In this document: positions 15,161-28,445 of the stretch, one piece after another
Layout: the number at the start of each line of letters is the position of its first letter
Position numbering within the stretch: the stretch's first letter is position 1
Origin: Octopus vulgaris
Taxonomy: Eukaryota
Length of the DNA stretch: 64,000 bases
Reading direction: 5' to 3'
Assembly (NCBI GenBank): GCA_951406725.2
Contig: OX597838.1
Coordinates: 12,214,001 to 12,278,000 of the forward strand
Made by a program: the position numbers and the translations under genes
The notes under the pieces: generated by a model
Told to the model about the DNA's origin: nothing
Database searches by the model: none
Seen by the model: only the letters and a program-made list of their open reading frames with translations

Positions 15161-15488
15161 ATCCCTCCACGAAGGGACTTCTGCTGCTGCTGCTGAATTT
15201 TTCGTAGCTGTTGTTCGTGTTGTTGTCGATAAATTTCCAGTCAGATTTATGCCATCACCACAATCTCCCCACTAACCTACAGACTAGTTCTGCAGATTAT
15301 CCTATATTTGTGCTGTATCGACTCAAATCGATTGCCGATCCCAAACTTCGTTGTTACACTCTCCCGTAATTGGAGGTGGCATAACGAATAAGGTGATATC
15401 TAGCATAAATATGTATATAGACAGAAATTCACGCCCATATATAAATGCATATATACATATGCATGCACACATACACACATACACATGT

Positions 15489-15555
<67 letters not shown>

Positions 15556-15771
15556 CATTTATATACGAATACGTTTGGATTTATATACGTGTTTCACTTT
15601 TTTTCTCCATAATTATTTGTATGTATAGATAGCTAGATTGAGAGAAATGTGTATATGTGTATGTGTATATGTGTATAGGCATATGAATGTGTTTATATAT
15701 GTACATATATATGCATATATATATATATATATATATACATATATACATATATTCATATGTATACATATATA

Positions 15772-15834
<63 letters not shown>

Positions 15835-16248
15835 TACAAAGAAAGAGGGTAATGGCAAGACACAGGGGGAAAAAGACAAACTGATATACGCAAAAGTTTG
15901 CTATGTGTACATGTATGCCTGCGTGTGTGCTTGTGAAAATTATTCTTCAAATTTTCTTCGCCAAGAACAAACATTGTCTCGTTATGTGATGCAAGAGTTT
16001 GATAAGTATTGCGCAGGTAACGACGAGAATGATGATGAGGAGGAGGAGGAAGAGGAGGAAGAGGATGTTATCAACAATGGTTATAATAACATCACTAATA
16101 ATGACTTGTGGGCGAACTGGTTTAAAGACAAATAATCGCAAATTGGTGTGGGCAACTGTCGGCCGCCATCTTGATCAGTACAAGCATAAGTTATTTCAGT
16201 ATCAAATGTGAGAAAGTATTATTATTATTTCCTCCTCCTCCTCCTCCT

Positions 16249-16280
<32 letters not shown>

Positions 16281-16302
16281 GCTTGTAATATATATATATA
16301 TA

Positions 16303-16470
16303 GGGAGAGTTTACGAAAAAAACAAAAGACGAAGACAGGTGGTGTACAAAACAAATAGATGTATTAGTATAACGCTCAGAAATAGAAAAAGTCTTTTACG
16401 TTTCGAGCCTACGCTCTTCTACAGAAAGGGACATAGGAAAACAAGGAGAGAAAAAAGGTGAGAAAAATGC
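16303..16470 (-). mobile_element. Penelope-LTR-like short repeat with a minimal hammerhead-like motif
   Basis: Minus strand TTT CTGTAGA A GAGC GTAG GCTC GAA ACGT A AAA. Confidence 0.6.
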
Positions 16471-17204
16471 CCCTATGATGAACTGCTTGTAACCGTTAAG
16501 TTACCTAATTAAAATGAAAGAAACTTATTTGGGACAACACGCGGAGAGCGACGACCAGGTTTATCCATTATCTCTAATTCACGAATGACCCAAAACTGTG
16601 TGTCACGCAGAGTCCCCAGCTTTAGAAATTATTCGGTATTATCAAACGAATTAGCAAGAACATTAACATATATTATAAGGCGGATGGACTCATGTCGGCA
16701 GCCTTTCTCTTGAATAAAATTTGCTGGAAGAGAGCAGAAATACTTGAATTATGGATACCTGCAAGTCTTCCTAAATTAAAGACAAGAAAACAACATTTAA
16801 ACATGCCTATAGAAATTCAGATGTATAGTAAGGCCCGACTAATGAATGCCCTTAGGTTGAACTTTGGAACGAGTGTAGTTGTTGGAGCGATGGTTAGAAT
16901 GCCTTCGGGTATTTGCAGCGACCCACTAGGCTCTGAGTTCAAATCCAGCCGAGTTCAAATCCTGCCGAGTTTAAATTTTTCTCTCATCCTTTCAAGATCG
17001 GCAGGCATCGCTGTGTGGTATAGAAGCTCGCTTGGCAGCCACGTGGCTTCCAGTTCAGTCCCACTACGCAGCACCTTGTGTATAGCCTGGGGCTAGGAAC
17101 TGTTCAATGCCTTCCGTGTGGCTTTTGTAGACGGAAACTGTGTGGTAGCCCTTTTTAATATGAGTTTGTGTGTGTGTGTGAATGTGTGCGTATGTGTTTG
17201 TGTA

Positions 17205-17270
<66 letters not shown>

Positions 17271-17419
17271 CATATATATATTCATACATATACATATTTA
17301 TATATATATATATATATATATGAATTTATATTTATGTATATATTTATATATGTATATATATGTCTATATGTGTGTGTGTGTATGTATATATATATACATG
17401 TATACATACATGGGTTCGC

Positions 17420-17645
17420 ATTTGATGAAGTCAAATCTATCCTTAGAAATGGTGACAATACCAGAAATGTTGAAACATGTTTCCTACTAATTCTGGGGTA
17501 CTGATTTCAAAAATGGACATCAAAGTTTGTGGAAAATCTTAACGTGATAGAGCAAAATGGATTTCATATTTGAAATCAGTACCCCAGAATTAGTAGGAAA
17601 CATGTTTTCCAACATCTGACAAGGAAAACCCTGTTCCCCAGTGTT
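17420..17645. mobile_element. MITE-like DNA-transposon relic with a 39-bp perfect internal inverted repeat
   Basis: 17473-17511 is the reverse complement of 17569-17607. Confidence 0.55.
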
Positions 17646-17659
17646 ATATATGTGTCTAT

Positions 17660-17815
17660 ATCTGTCTTTACGTTCTGAGTTCAAATTCCACCAAGGTTGA
17701 CTTTGCCTTTTATCCTTTCGGGGTCGATAAATTAAGTACCAGTTGCATACTGGGGTCGATTTAATTGACTGGCCTCCTCCTCCAAAATTTCGGGCTTTGT
17801 GCCTAGAGTAGAAAA
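17660..17815 (+). mobile_element. SINE family B-related copy
   Basis: TTCTGAGTTCAAATTCC...CCTTTCGGGGTCGATAAATTAAGTACCAG. Confidence 0.8.
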
Positions 17816-17864
17816 GATATATTGATAGCTAACTAACTAGCTAGAGAGAGAGAGAAGGAGAGGG

Positions 17865-18250
<386 letters not shown>

Positions 18251-18415
18251 TGTGACAGTCAAACGACTACTTTAAAAGTGCCTGTCGAATGAAAAGGAAA
18301 AATTTGAAAAATAAGGGAAAATGATGTAAAAACATAATATATATTGGAACCAAAATGGAAGAATAACATCTTTAGCAATGAATACAAGGAAATAACACGC
18401 CCACGCGCATAGAGA

Positions 18416-18478
<63 letters not shown>

Positions 18479-18826
18479 GTGCGTGTGTGTGTGCGTGTGT
18501 GTGTGCGTCTGTGTGTGTATGTGTGTGTGTGTGTGTGTGTATATGTGTATGTGTGTGTGCGTATGTATGTGTGTTTGTGTGTGTGTGTATGTGTGTGTGT
18601 GTGTGCGTTAGTGGGTGTGAGTATATATATGTATGTGTGTGTTTGTGTGTGTGTGTATGTGTGTGCGTAAGTGGGTGTGAGTATATATATGTATGTGTGT
18701 GTTTGTGTGCGTGCGTCCGTGTACATGCGTGCGTAAGTGTACACATACATACATACAAGCACATATACGCTCACACAGATACACATTCACACACACACAC
18801 ATGTGCACATATGCGTGCACAGACAC

Positions 18827-18859
<33 letters not shown>

Positions 18860-19386
18860 CACACCTACTTTGACAGAGATGAAAAATAAAAGAGTTGAAG
18901 AATTTCCACAAACGAAGGTATAGAGAAGGGAATATGAAATTTTGGACCAATTCCAGATAATAATATTCTGTCAGAATTTTTCCAGACAGACATAGTTCAA
19001 TGCTAACCTTAGGGTGTTAAGGTGACGAGTTCGAGCCCACCATTCAGAGCAAACAAATCAGAAAAAATAGGTAAAAGAGCGGAAAGAAATGTAAAATGTA
19101 AACACGATAATGATTTATAAGTTAGACAAGAAATTCCAAATTTTGAGAAGTTTTAAGAAAACGGAAGGTTATATGGCCAGCTATGTATCATGCATAATAT
19201 ATATATACACTCTCTCGATGCACCAATTATTGTTGTTCATGTTATCAAATAGCGTCTCTTTTGGACTTGTACTAAAAACAAAATAATATATGAGAGAGAT
19301 GGTAATTCGTTCTAGTAGCGATGGTGTCCGCGCCAGATGCATTTCGGCTTTTATGAGCCTTTTCAATGATGCGTAATTACAACCAA

Positions 19387-19779
19387 CCACAAGCTCGGAC
19401 GAGAATTCGCTGCCTCTGATGTAGGAAAAACTGAATAAGATACTCACTGATGTTGCAAATAGCCGTCCGGCTGATTAGAAATCTGCTGCATGTATTTGAA
19501 GCAGTATTTAAGTAAAATAGCTATATATGTATCATACTTAATGTATACACACTGTCCATAGGGCTTTGTCAATTAATATTTTATTCCACAAGCTCGGACG
19601 AGAATTCGCTGCCTCTGATGTAGGAAAAACTGAATAAGATACTGATACTGCAAATAGCCGTCCGGCTGATTAGAAATCTGCTATATGTATTTGAAGCAGT
19701 ATTTAAGTAAAATAGCTATATATGTATCATACTTAATGTATACACACTGTCGATAGGGCTTTGTCGATTAATATTTTAT
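19387..19779. repeat. Tandem duplication with a ~199-bp unit
   Basis: CCACAAGCTCGGACGAGAATTCGC begins at 19387 and again at 19586; few differences. Confidence 0.92.
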
Positions 19780-19855
19780 CTTTAGAAGGATGAATGATAT
19801 ATGGTACACTGATGGTGGGATTCGAAACTAATAGTATAAAGCAGTAGTTCTTAAC

Positions 19856-20090
19856 CGGGGGTGGTGGTGACCCCTGTTGTAATCTTTCGCTCCAACTTTC
19901 TCTCACTCTTTCTTCCTGTTTCTTGTCCCCGACTTCCTACGCAACCGCGTCGATGCTCTCGGTGTCGGGGGTTGACCTGCTTTCTCTTCTGCGTGTCTGA
20001 CGAATAGCGAAGGACCACGTTTCGGACTTCCACAGGGACGAAGACCACTTCGCTCAACAAACAAACAAACAGCAACAACAAAATAATAAT
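19856..20090 (+). mobile_element. SINE family C body with a distinct 3' tail, 5'-truncated
   Basis: GGTGGTGACCCCTG...AACTTTCTCTCACTCTT shared with 22045-22417; ends in (CAAA)n. Confidence 0.65.
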
Positions 20091-20954
20091 AATAATGATT
20101 TGAGAATTGAGGATAATGCGAGGACAAAAATAGAAATACACAAAAATAGGCTTTACGTAAAAAAAATAATAATAATAAAATCGAAGACAAACTACAGAAA
20201 CACGTGCGACAGGAAGGGTGCCCGACATGGACACAATAGTCCCGATATTTCTCCGGATGTGCCAACTCCAGAAGTTAGCTGTTGATCGCCAGAGACGGCA
20301 TCTCGAAGCCACCACGGAGCGGGTGCTGGTAACTGAAAGATTTCCTTGCCAGCAAAACAAAGTCACTTCCATAAGATGGAGAAAAAGCATGCGCTCTAGT
20401 CTGGTCAGAAAGGGTCTTGTTCCAAGAAGAACGTTCAGTAGTACACAAGCGAAAGGCGATGTACGTGATGATGATGATGATGATGATGACGACGACGATG
20501 ATGATGATGGTGACGACGATGATAACGACGAATATGGCGGTGTTGTTGTTATCGCTGGTGGTGGTGGTGGTGGTGGTGGTCGCCAGCAAATGTATGTTTT
20601 CGTTGTTGTTGTTGTCGTCGTTGTTGTGATAATTGGAGCTGCGTAGGTTTTCGTTGTGATAATAACAGCGGTTGAGTTGGTTGGCATCTAATAGCAGAGG
20701 CCGCTTCTGATAATAGCCTATATGTGGATAGCTTCTTCTCTTTTTTTTTCTGGCATTGGTGACGACAGTTGCAGCGGTGGCTGTTGGTGGTGGCGTGCTT
20801 TGTCAACCTTTGCTGATTATACTGGTACAGTATCCTCTGTTAAGAACAATTATTAAAGAAGCTTTATTGTTCTTTTATTATTACATTCCTTGGTTTATAA
20901 AAGAATTCATTGCAAAAATACGTGTCGGACTAAATATTATGATTTATTTGTTCC

Positions 20955-21670
20955 GCCACTTTACGTTCTGAGTTCCAATCCAGCTGAGGTCAACTTTGCC
21001 CTTCATACTTTCGGAGGTTCGTAAAATAAGAGTTCGTTTAGTGCAATGGATCACTAGAATTGCTGGAGTGCTGGAGTAGTTCTGTTTCAGTACAATTTGA
21101 GTCCAGACCCCGCTGTGGCCAAAATTTGCTTTCCAAAATTCCGGGATCAATTTTAAACTGAATTTACAGACTTGTTAGAGCACTCAACAAAATTCTGCTG
21201 ATATTAGCTTTGCCTTTCATCCTTCCAGGGTTGATAAAATAACTTATTTACGTACAATTCCAGTAATATCGAGGTGCGAGCATTTGTCACTTCTATAGAC
21301 AGCAGTAGATGAATGGCCTTTTGTTTTATAAACTCCGGAGGAAAGAAAGGCAAAGTTGTCCTTGGCAGGATCTGAACTGAGATTGGAAAAAGTCGGAACA
21401 GAGACCGAAAAACAATCTCCCCACACCCCTGCGCTCTAACTATTCTGTCAGCTTACTACGTTGGTGTGTATGTGGGTGGGGGTCGATATGTTAAAGTACC
21501 GAATACTGGAATCGATTTAATCGACTCACCACGACCCACTAAATTCCTGGTATAGTTTCTAGAGAAAAATGAATTAACAGAATCGTTTAAAGTGCCAGAC
21601 AAAATGTTTTGTGGCATTTTTTCCGGCTCTTTATGTTCTGAGTTCAAATCACGCCAAGGTTATCTTTGCC
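20955..21670. mobile_element. Cluster of degenerate SINE family B copies
   Basis: Repeated diverged TTCTGAGTTC and TTTGCCTTTCATCC motifs on both strands. Confidence 0.65.
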
Positions 21671-21839
21671 ATTCATTTTTTTCAAGGTAGTGCACTTTTG
21701 ATGTAGTTTTGCATGCTGATGACAAAATAGCATTATTTTTTCGAAAAATGAATAATAAAGAAGTTAGGGGCATTTAAAGTTACGTATATTAAGTCAATGG
21801 ATTTTACCCGGCGTCCTAATAGTGGAAGTTGGAATTGTT

Positions 21840-22495
21840 TGTTGAGATGGCAACTTCAGTGTATCATTGTTTATCCATTGCTGGGTGAAAGAATTGTCAG
21901 CTACTAGGTTTTGTAAGGAGGAGTTAGGGATTGGTGCCACTACAGCAGTAGACCATAAGAGTTATTTACGAGAGATCTGCGCGGAAGATTTACTGTGCAA
22001 TCCAATGAAAATTGGTGAAACTGTATTTTTGAAGAGAAAATGGGAAGCACTCCGTCGGTTACGACGACGAGGGTTCCGGTTGATCCGATCAACGGAACAG
22101 CCTGCTCGTGAAATTAACGTGTAAGTGGCTGAGCACTCCACAGACACGTGTACCCTTAACATAGTTCTCGGGGATATTCAGCGTGACACAGAGAGTGACA
22201 AGGCCGGCCCTTTGAAATACAGGTACAACAAAAACAGGAAGTAAGAGTGAGAGAAAGTTGTGGTGAAAGAGTACAGCAGGGATCACCACCATCCCCTGCC
22301 GGAGCCTCGTGGAGCTTTTAGGTGTTTTCGTTCAATAAACACTCACAACGCCCGGTCCGGGAATCGAAACCGCGATCCTATGACCGCGAGTCCGCTGCCC
22401 TAACCACTGGGCCATTGAAGAGAAAATTTAACACTCAGGGCTCGAATGCTATCCGATCGTAGCTTTTCGGCGGTCTATATCACGAAACTCAGGAA
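21840..22495 (+). mobile_element. Merlin/ISXO2-like transposase relic interrupted by a SINE
   Basis: CKEELGIGATTAVDHKSYLREICAEDLLCNPMKIG..ETVFLKRK, resuming after the SINE as KRKFN...FGG. Confidence 0.6.
22045..22417 (-). mobile_element. tRNA-derived SINE family C (OR-like) with target-site duplication
   Basis: A box TGGCCCAGTGG and B box GGTTTCGATTCC; TTGAAGAGAAAAT duplicated at 22029-22041 and 22415-22427. Confidence 0.9.
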
Positions 22496-22959
22496 TCCCC
22501 CCACACACATCTTTTCAATCTACCTTCTCGTGACTGTGACACTCGAAAATTACGTTCCACATTCTATTAGCGAAAGAGGTAGTATGGAAGACTAGGATAA
22601 AAGGGACTAAGACAGGCAACTTTATCTCCGGCTACGATTTACGATAATTTTTTACTTTTCATTTGAAAAGGAAGGTGTGGCTGGAAAAGAAGTGTCTGTC
22701 GGAGAGTATGTTCAAAAAGAGATGGAAGAGTGTTGTGCATGCATGGAACCGTGTGAATAGGCTATAAAAGAATAACAAGTAAAGGTACCAGCGATAGATC
22801 GGGGTTTGTGGGGTCGGAGCGTCGCCGGATCATCGCTACATTTGTGTTGTCCCTGTATTGTTAATTTCATTCGAGATTTTTTCATACTTTATATCATTTT
22901 TATATTCATATTTTATGTAAAATCCTCACGTATTTCTGATCCCAATCAGTTGTTTTGTC

Positions 22960-23370
22960 CATTTCTGTGTTTGGTCCCCTGTGGGCAATAAAAAAAATTG
23001 GTATTTCGTCTGTCGTTACGTTTACGTTCAAATTCCGCCGAGGTTGACTTCGCATTTCATCCTTTTGAGGTTGATAAAATAAGTATCAGTCGAGCACTGG
23101 GGTCGATGTAATCGACTTTTCCCTTCTCCGGAACTTGGAGGCCTTGTGGCATAATTTGAAATCAATATTTATGGAATCGTTAGCACGCCGGGCAAAATGC
23201 TTAGAGGCGTTTCGTCTGTGTTTACGTTCAGAGCTCAAATTCCGCTGAGATCGATTTTGCTTTTTTATCATTTCAGAGTCGATAAAATAAGTATCAGCTA
23301 AGTAGTGGGGTCGCTGCAATCGGCTTACACCCAACACCGAAATCGCTAGCTCTGTGCCTAAATTTGAAGC
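22960..23370 (+). mobile_element. Tandem diverged SINE family B copies
   Basis: Tail-to-body junction near 22995, followed by further copies. Confidence 0.75.
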
Positions 23371-23760
23371 CATTGTTCATTTCGGAACAGAATAAACCAA
23401 GAAACTACGGATTTTGAAACGTCTTGAATTCTCTTGGACGCTGCAAGCGATGAAGACGATAGCGTTGGTAGGAGAGAGATGGAGAGCGAGCGAGAGAGAG
23501 AGAGAGCAATAGAGAGAATAAGTGAGTGAATGAGTGAGTGAGAAAGGAAGAGAGGGTGAGGAAAAGCTAGAAGGTGAAAGAATGAGAGCGAATGAGAAAG
23601 TGAAAAAGAGAGAGAGAGAGAAAACGCTAGAGAGCTGGGGGATAGAGTGAGTGAATGAATGAATGAAAAAGAGAAAGAGAGGGAGATTTATTAGAGAATG
23701 AAACAGAGAGAGGGAGAAAAAAGAAAGAGAGGGAGAGCGAGAGAGAGAGAGAGAGAGAAA

Positions 23761-23806
<46 letters not shown>

Positions 23807-24801
23807 GAGGGAGAGCGATAGAGAGAGCGGGGGAGAAAGAATGAGTGAGTGAGTGAGTGAGTGAGTGAACGAGCGAGCGAGCGAGAGAGTGGATGAGAAA
23901 GAGAAAAAGAGAGAAAGAGTTAGGTAGGAGAGAGAGAGAGGGGGTATTTGAACCGACATCCAAGTCGCAGCAATGTCTTTCTTTCCATTCAACGGCCGAA
24001 AAGAGGAGGAGAAAGGAAAAATAGAAGAAAGGATAAAAAAAAAAGAGCAATAACAAGAATCGGGAGGACAAAAAAAAATCAAAAATAGCATCAACTGGAA
24101 AAAGGGAGAGAAAAGAAATCAAAGAGAGAGACAAACAGACAGACAGGAAGTTTGGATTTATAGAATTTATTTATTACAGTATTTTGTTTCAATATATTTC
24201 TCGACCAACAATTAAGAGAGCTGCCACCTACTTCGACAAGGATTGAACCAACAAACGCTTGTATTACACACACACACATACACACATACATACACACACA
24301 GACACGCACACACACACATAAAGAGATTTTGTGTGCGGTTATATTGAAGGAAAGCTTTCTAATTATTCATCCAAACAATCTGTCATAATTTTTTGTTTGT
24401 TTTTAATTTAAATCTTAAATTATAATCAATCGACTAACAAACAATAACATCAACAATAACTACAGAATCAACAACAATATCGAAGACAACTGCAGCAGGA
24501 AGAAATCGATAAAACAAGGAATAAGCATTTGAAAAGAATGAAACGAAGTGAAATACAAGGTTATTTATAAATATGAAATGTAACGGAAAAAAAAATGACA
24601 AGAAATAATAAACACAGGAAGGAGATAAAAAACTGGAAAAAAAAATAGAAAATAGAAAAATTAACCAGATGCTAAATTTTTTAACAAAAATGGTAACTAA
24701 TGTGTTGATAAACTGATTAATTTTCGAGCCGTTTTTTGGCTTGTTTAGTTGTTTTGTTTCGTTTTTGTTGGAGTGACTGTGGCGAAGTAAAATAAGCTAA
24801 G

Positions 24802-25533
24802 ATGGAGGACACAGCAAAAGTTAAAGAAGACTTTAGTAAACATCCGTGGGTCTTGAAACTAATGACCGATCAGAAAAGAAGACGTCGAGATTTAAATCAA
24901 ATCCTGGAAGATGTCACACTTGCGCAGCAGATCGAAAATATTAAATCGATCAGCAAGAAACACGAACGTATTTCACGGCAGCTAGAGAGCGAACTGGAAG
25001 AAAACAAAAACTTGACGATGAAAACAACGAAAATGGAAGTGGATTTCGAACGACTTCGTTGGGCGTTGGAAGAAAGCAGCGCCCGAAATGAGTCGCTCAA
25101 GAAAGAACTGTCGTTTAATAAAGAACAATTGGACAACGAAACCAGGAAAATCCTGGCAGAAGCGCAGCGAAAAATCTCTCGTTACAAGACGGAATTTTAC
25201 AGAATGCAAGACGAATACGAACGAAAGCGAGAAAATTTGCGGAAGAGCAATACCGAATGTCAAAATGCTAAGAAAAAATATGAGGCCCTTTTAAATGCTT
25301 CAACTTATAATCAAAATGAATTAAATAATATTGAACACGAGGCAGCACATCTACAGATGTTGTTGAATGACTCTAATAATTTGTTGGCCTCAAATGGCAA
25401 CGACTATATTAAAGAATCGTCAATGTGTCAGCAAAATAACGAGATCGAACCTCGAAAACTTCTGACCGAAATTAATACCGAAATGGAAACTCTTATCAAA
25501 CAATGGAAATCGGAAAAATGTATTAAAAAATAA
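24802..25533 (+). CDS. Uncharacterised coiled-coil protein, 243 aa (single exon as read)
   Basis: Uninterrupted, non-repetitive 732-bp ORF in AT-rich DNA; start context AAGATGG; E/K/L/R/N-rich helical composition; no family recognised. Confidence 0.65.
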   Translation: MEDTAKVKEDFSKHPWVLKLMTDQKRRRRDLNQILEDVTLAQQIENIKSISKKHERISRQLESELEENKNLTMKTTKMEVDFERLRWALEESSARNESLKKELSFNKEQLDNETRKILAEAQRKISRYKTEFYRMQDEYERKRENLRKSNTECQNAKKKYEALLNASTYNQNELNNIEHEAAHLQMLLNDSNNLLASNGNDYIKESSMCQQNNEIEPRKLLTEINTEMETLIKQWKSEKCIKK

Positions 25534-25568
25534 ACCGGAAGTAACTACTTAATTACACTATGCTTGTT

Positions 25569-25783
25569 ACTCTCTCTCTTTTACTTGTTTCAGTCATTTG
25601 GCTGCGGCCATGCTGGAGCACCGCCTTTAGTCGAGCAAATCGACCCCGGGACTTTTTCTTTGTAAGCCCAGTACTTATTCTATCGGTCTCTTTTTGCCGA
25701 ACCGCTAAGTTACGGGGACGTAAACACACCAGCATCGGTTGTCAAGCAATGCTAAGGGGACAAACACAGACACACAAACATAT

Positions 25784-25818
<35 letters not shown>

Positions 25819-25991
25819 CATATATATACGACAGACTTCTTTCAGTTTCCGTCTACCAAATCCATTCACAAGGCATTGGTCGGCCCGGGGCTATAGCAGA
25901 AGACACTTGCCCAAGGTGCCACGCAGTGGGACTGAACCCGGAACCATGTGGTTGGTTAGCAAGCTACTTACCACACAACCACTCCTGCGCC
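25569..25991 (-). mobile_element. SINE family A, full length
   Basis: Complete consensus; probable TSD TATGCTYGTT at 25559-25568 and 25992-26001. Confidence 0.92.
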
Positions 25992-26254
25992 TATGCTCGT
26001 TTGTTTTAAATATTTAGTGCGAAGGTGGGGGCAACACCCATCCGTGAACATTTCTATGCGGAGCCTCTAAAAAGGTTGTGGTAGTGATAGTTGTGGTAAC
26101 GAGGGAAGGGAAATTACGTTTCATGTTGTCGTAGTGGTTGCGATGACAGTGGATGAATAAACGTATTTGTCAGCGTGGATGGTAACTCTTCTAACATTTG
26201 TAGCAAGAAGCGCCCATCATTGTTACATGTGTACAAAAATATTAAGGTCTTTAA

Positions 26255-26512
26255 TGGGACGTAAAGGCACCAGCGCCGGTTGTCAAGCGGTGGTGTTCGA
26301 CAAACAGACACACACACACATATTAACATACACACTCATATATACATATACGATGATCTTCCTTCGATTTCTGTCCACCAAATTGACTCACAAGGCGTTG
26401 GTCATTCCGAGACTGTAGTAGAAGATACCTGCCCAAGGTGCCATGCAATGGAACTGAACCCGGAACCATGTGTTTGGGAAGAAGCTTCCTACCACACAGC
26501 CACGCCTGCGCC
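26255..26512 (-). mobile_element. Diverged SINE family A
   Basis: GCCCAAGGTGCC...GAACCCGGAACCATG. Confidence 0.8.
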
Positions 26513-26607
26513 TCTGTGTGTGCATAGATATTCTTTTTTCTTAATCTTTTATTTTTTTACTTATTTCAGTTATATGACTGAAACATACCTATATATATAA
26601 ATATGTA

Positions 26608-26675
<68 letters not shown>

Positions 26676-26881
26676 TGAGTGTATTTTTACCTTGTTAACA
26701 ATTAACACGGAAAAAATAAATAAATAGTTACCAGGGCAGCAAAAATCTCACAAGGAAAGGTGTTGTAACTCCTTGTTTATAAAGGTAGAAACTTCGTGTT
26801 TACGTTGAATATTTTGAATAATATGAATAAAAAATGGAGTTAACGCAGGTGTAATCAAATATTTTTACTTTCGACACATGT

Positions 26882-27198
26882 GGAGGCGCAATGGCCTAGT
26901 GGTTAGGGCAGCGGACTCGCGGTCGCAGGATCGCGGTTTCGATTCCCAGACCGGGCGTTGTGCGTGTTTATTGAGCGAAAAGACCTTAAAAAGCCCCACG
27001 ACTCTTTCACCACGACTCTTTCACCACTTTCACCACTTAAAAAGCCCTGTACTCTTTCACCACTCTTTCTCCCACTCTTTCTTCTGTTGGCCTGCTCGCT
27101 TAGCCAGCGGGGTGGCGTCATTCGAAGGCTAAAACAATGCGAACGCATTGTGACTAGCGATGTGTAACAACATCTGATGGTCTGGTCGGTCACGTGAT
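26882..27198 (+). mobile_element. SINE family C with an alternative tail
   Basis: GGAGGCGCAATGGCCTAGTGGTTAGGG head as in 22045-22417; tail ...CTGATGGTCTGGTCGGTCACGTGAT. Confidence 0.88.
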
Positions 27199-27208
27199 AT
27201 ATATATAT

Positions 27209-27610
27209 ACTCTTTTACTTGTTTCAGTCATTTGACTGCGACATGCTGGAGCACCGCCTTTAATCGAGCAACTTGACCCCGGGACTTATTCTTTTGTAAG
27301 CCCAGTACTTATTCTATTGGTCTCTTTTGCCGAACCGCTAAGTAACGGGGACATAAACACACCAGCATCGGTTGTCAAGCAATGCTAGGGGGGGACAAAC
27401 AAAGACACACAAACATACACGCACGCACACATATATATACATATATACGACGGCCTTCTTTCAGTTTCCGTCTACCAAATCCACTCACAAGGCTTTGGTC
27501 GGCCCGAGGCTATAGTAGAAGACACTTGCCCAAGGTGTCACGCAGTGGGACTGAACCCGTAACCATGTGGTTGGTAAGCAAGCTACTTACCACACAGCCA
27601 CTCCTGCGCC
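27209..27610 (-). mobile_element. SINE family A, full length
   Basis: Complete consensus match. Confidence 0.92.
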
Positions 27611-27822
27611 TATATATATACATACAGAGAGAGAGAGAGAGGAATACATACAAACGTGTATGTGAATGCATGTTGGTGTGTATGTATGTATGTATGTATG
27701 TTTATATGCATGCATGTACGTACTTATATATATGCATGTATATACGTATGTATACACATGTATGTGTGTATATATATATTTATATATAAATATGCATACG
27801 TACATCCATAAGTACGTACATG

Positions 27823-27895
<73 letters not shown>

Positions 27896-28069
27896 GGTAA
27901 ATGAAAGAATGACAACAAACAAGGATATTTCCTGTTCCCTCTTTACATTTTCCTGTCATTTTTTCTTTTTGTCTTTGTGATTCGCATTTATTTCTGTTTC
28001 TTTCCCTTTACTCACTCACCCCACCCCTCTCACTCACTCACTCACTCCGTCTCCTAGTGTCTTTCTCTC

Positions 28070-28102
<33 letters not shown>

Positions 28103-28404
28103 TACACACATATTTCGCCTTATTTAATGCGCGCCTTTAGAATTATTCCTTCGTTCCAATCTCTCTCAGCGTTCCATAATAGCAATCTTATCGAACTGTA
28201 GGCATTTTACTCATTTTTTCTAGTCGTCTTTCTCCCCCTCCTCCTCTTCTCTCTCTCTCTCTCTCTCCTAAGTCTTCTTCTCTCCCTTCTCTTTCTCCGT
28301 CCCCTCTTCCCCTTCTCTTTCTCCTCTTTCCATCTTTTTCTTCTATTTCTTGTTTTAGCTCCTCTTCCCGCCGCTCCCATACATTTTCAAATTACCCTTC
28401 ATAT

Positions 28405-28445
<41 letters not shown>

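Noticed and set aside
19990-20055. Hammerhead-like words in a SINE tail (CTGACGA; CCGAAAC on the minus strand)
   Set aside because: No consistent three-stem fold around the cores
26882-26960. tRNA gene
   Set aside because: The tRNA-like head continues into a SINE body; the same applies to the family A and B heads
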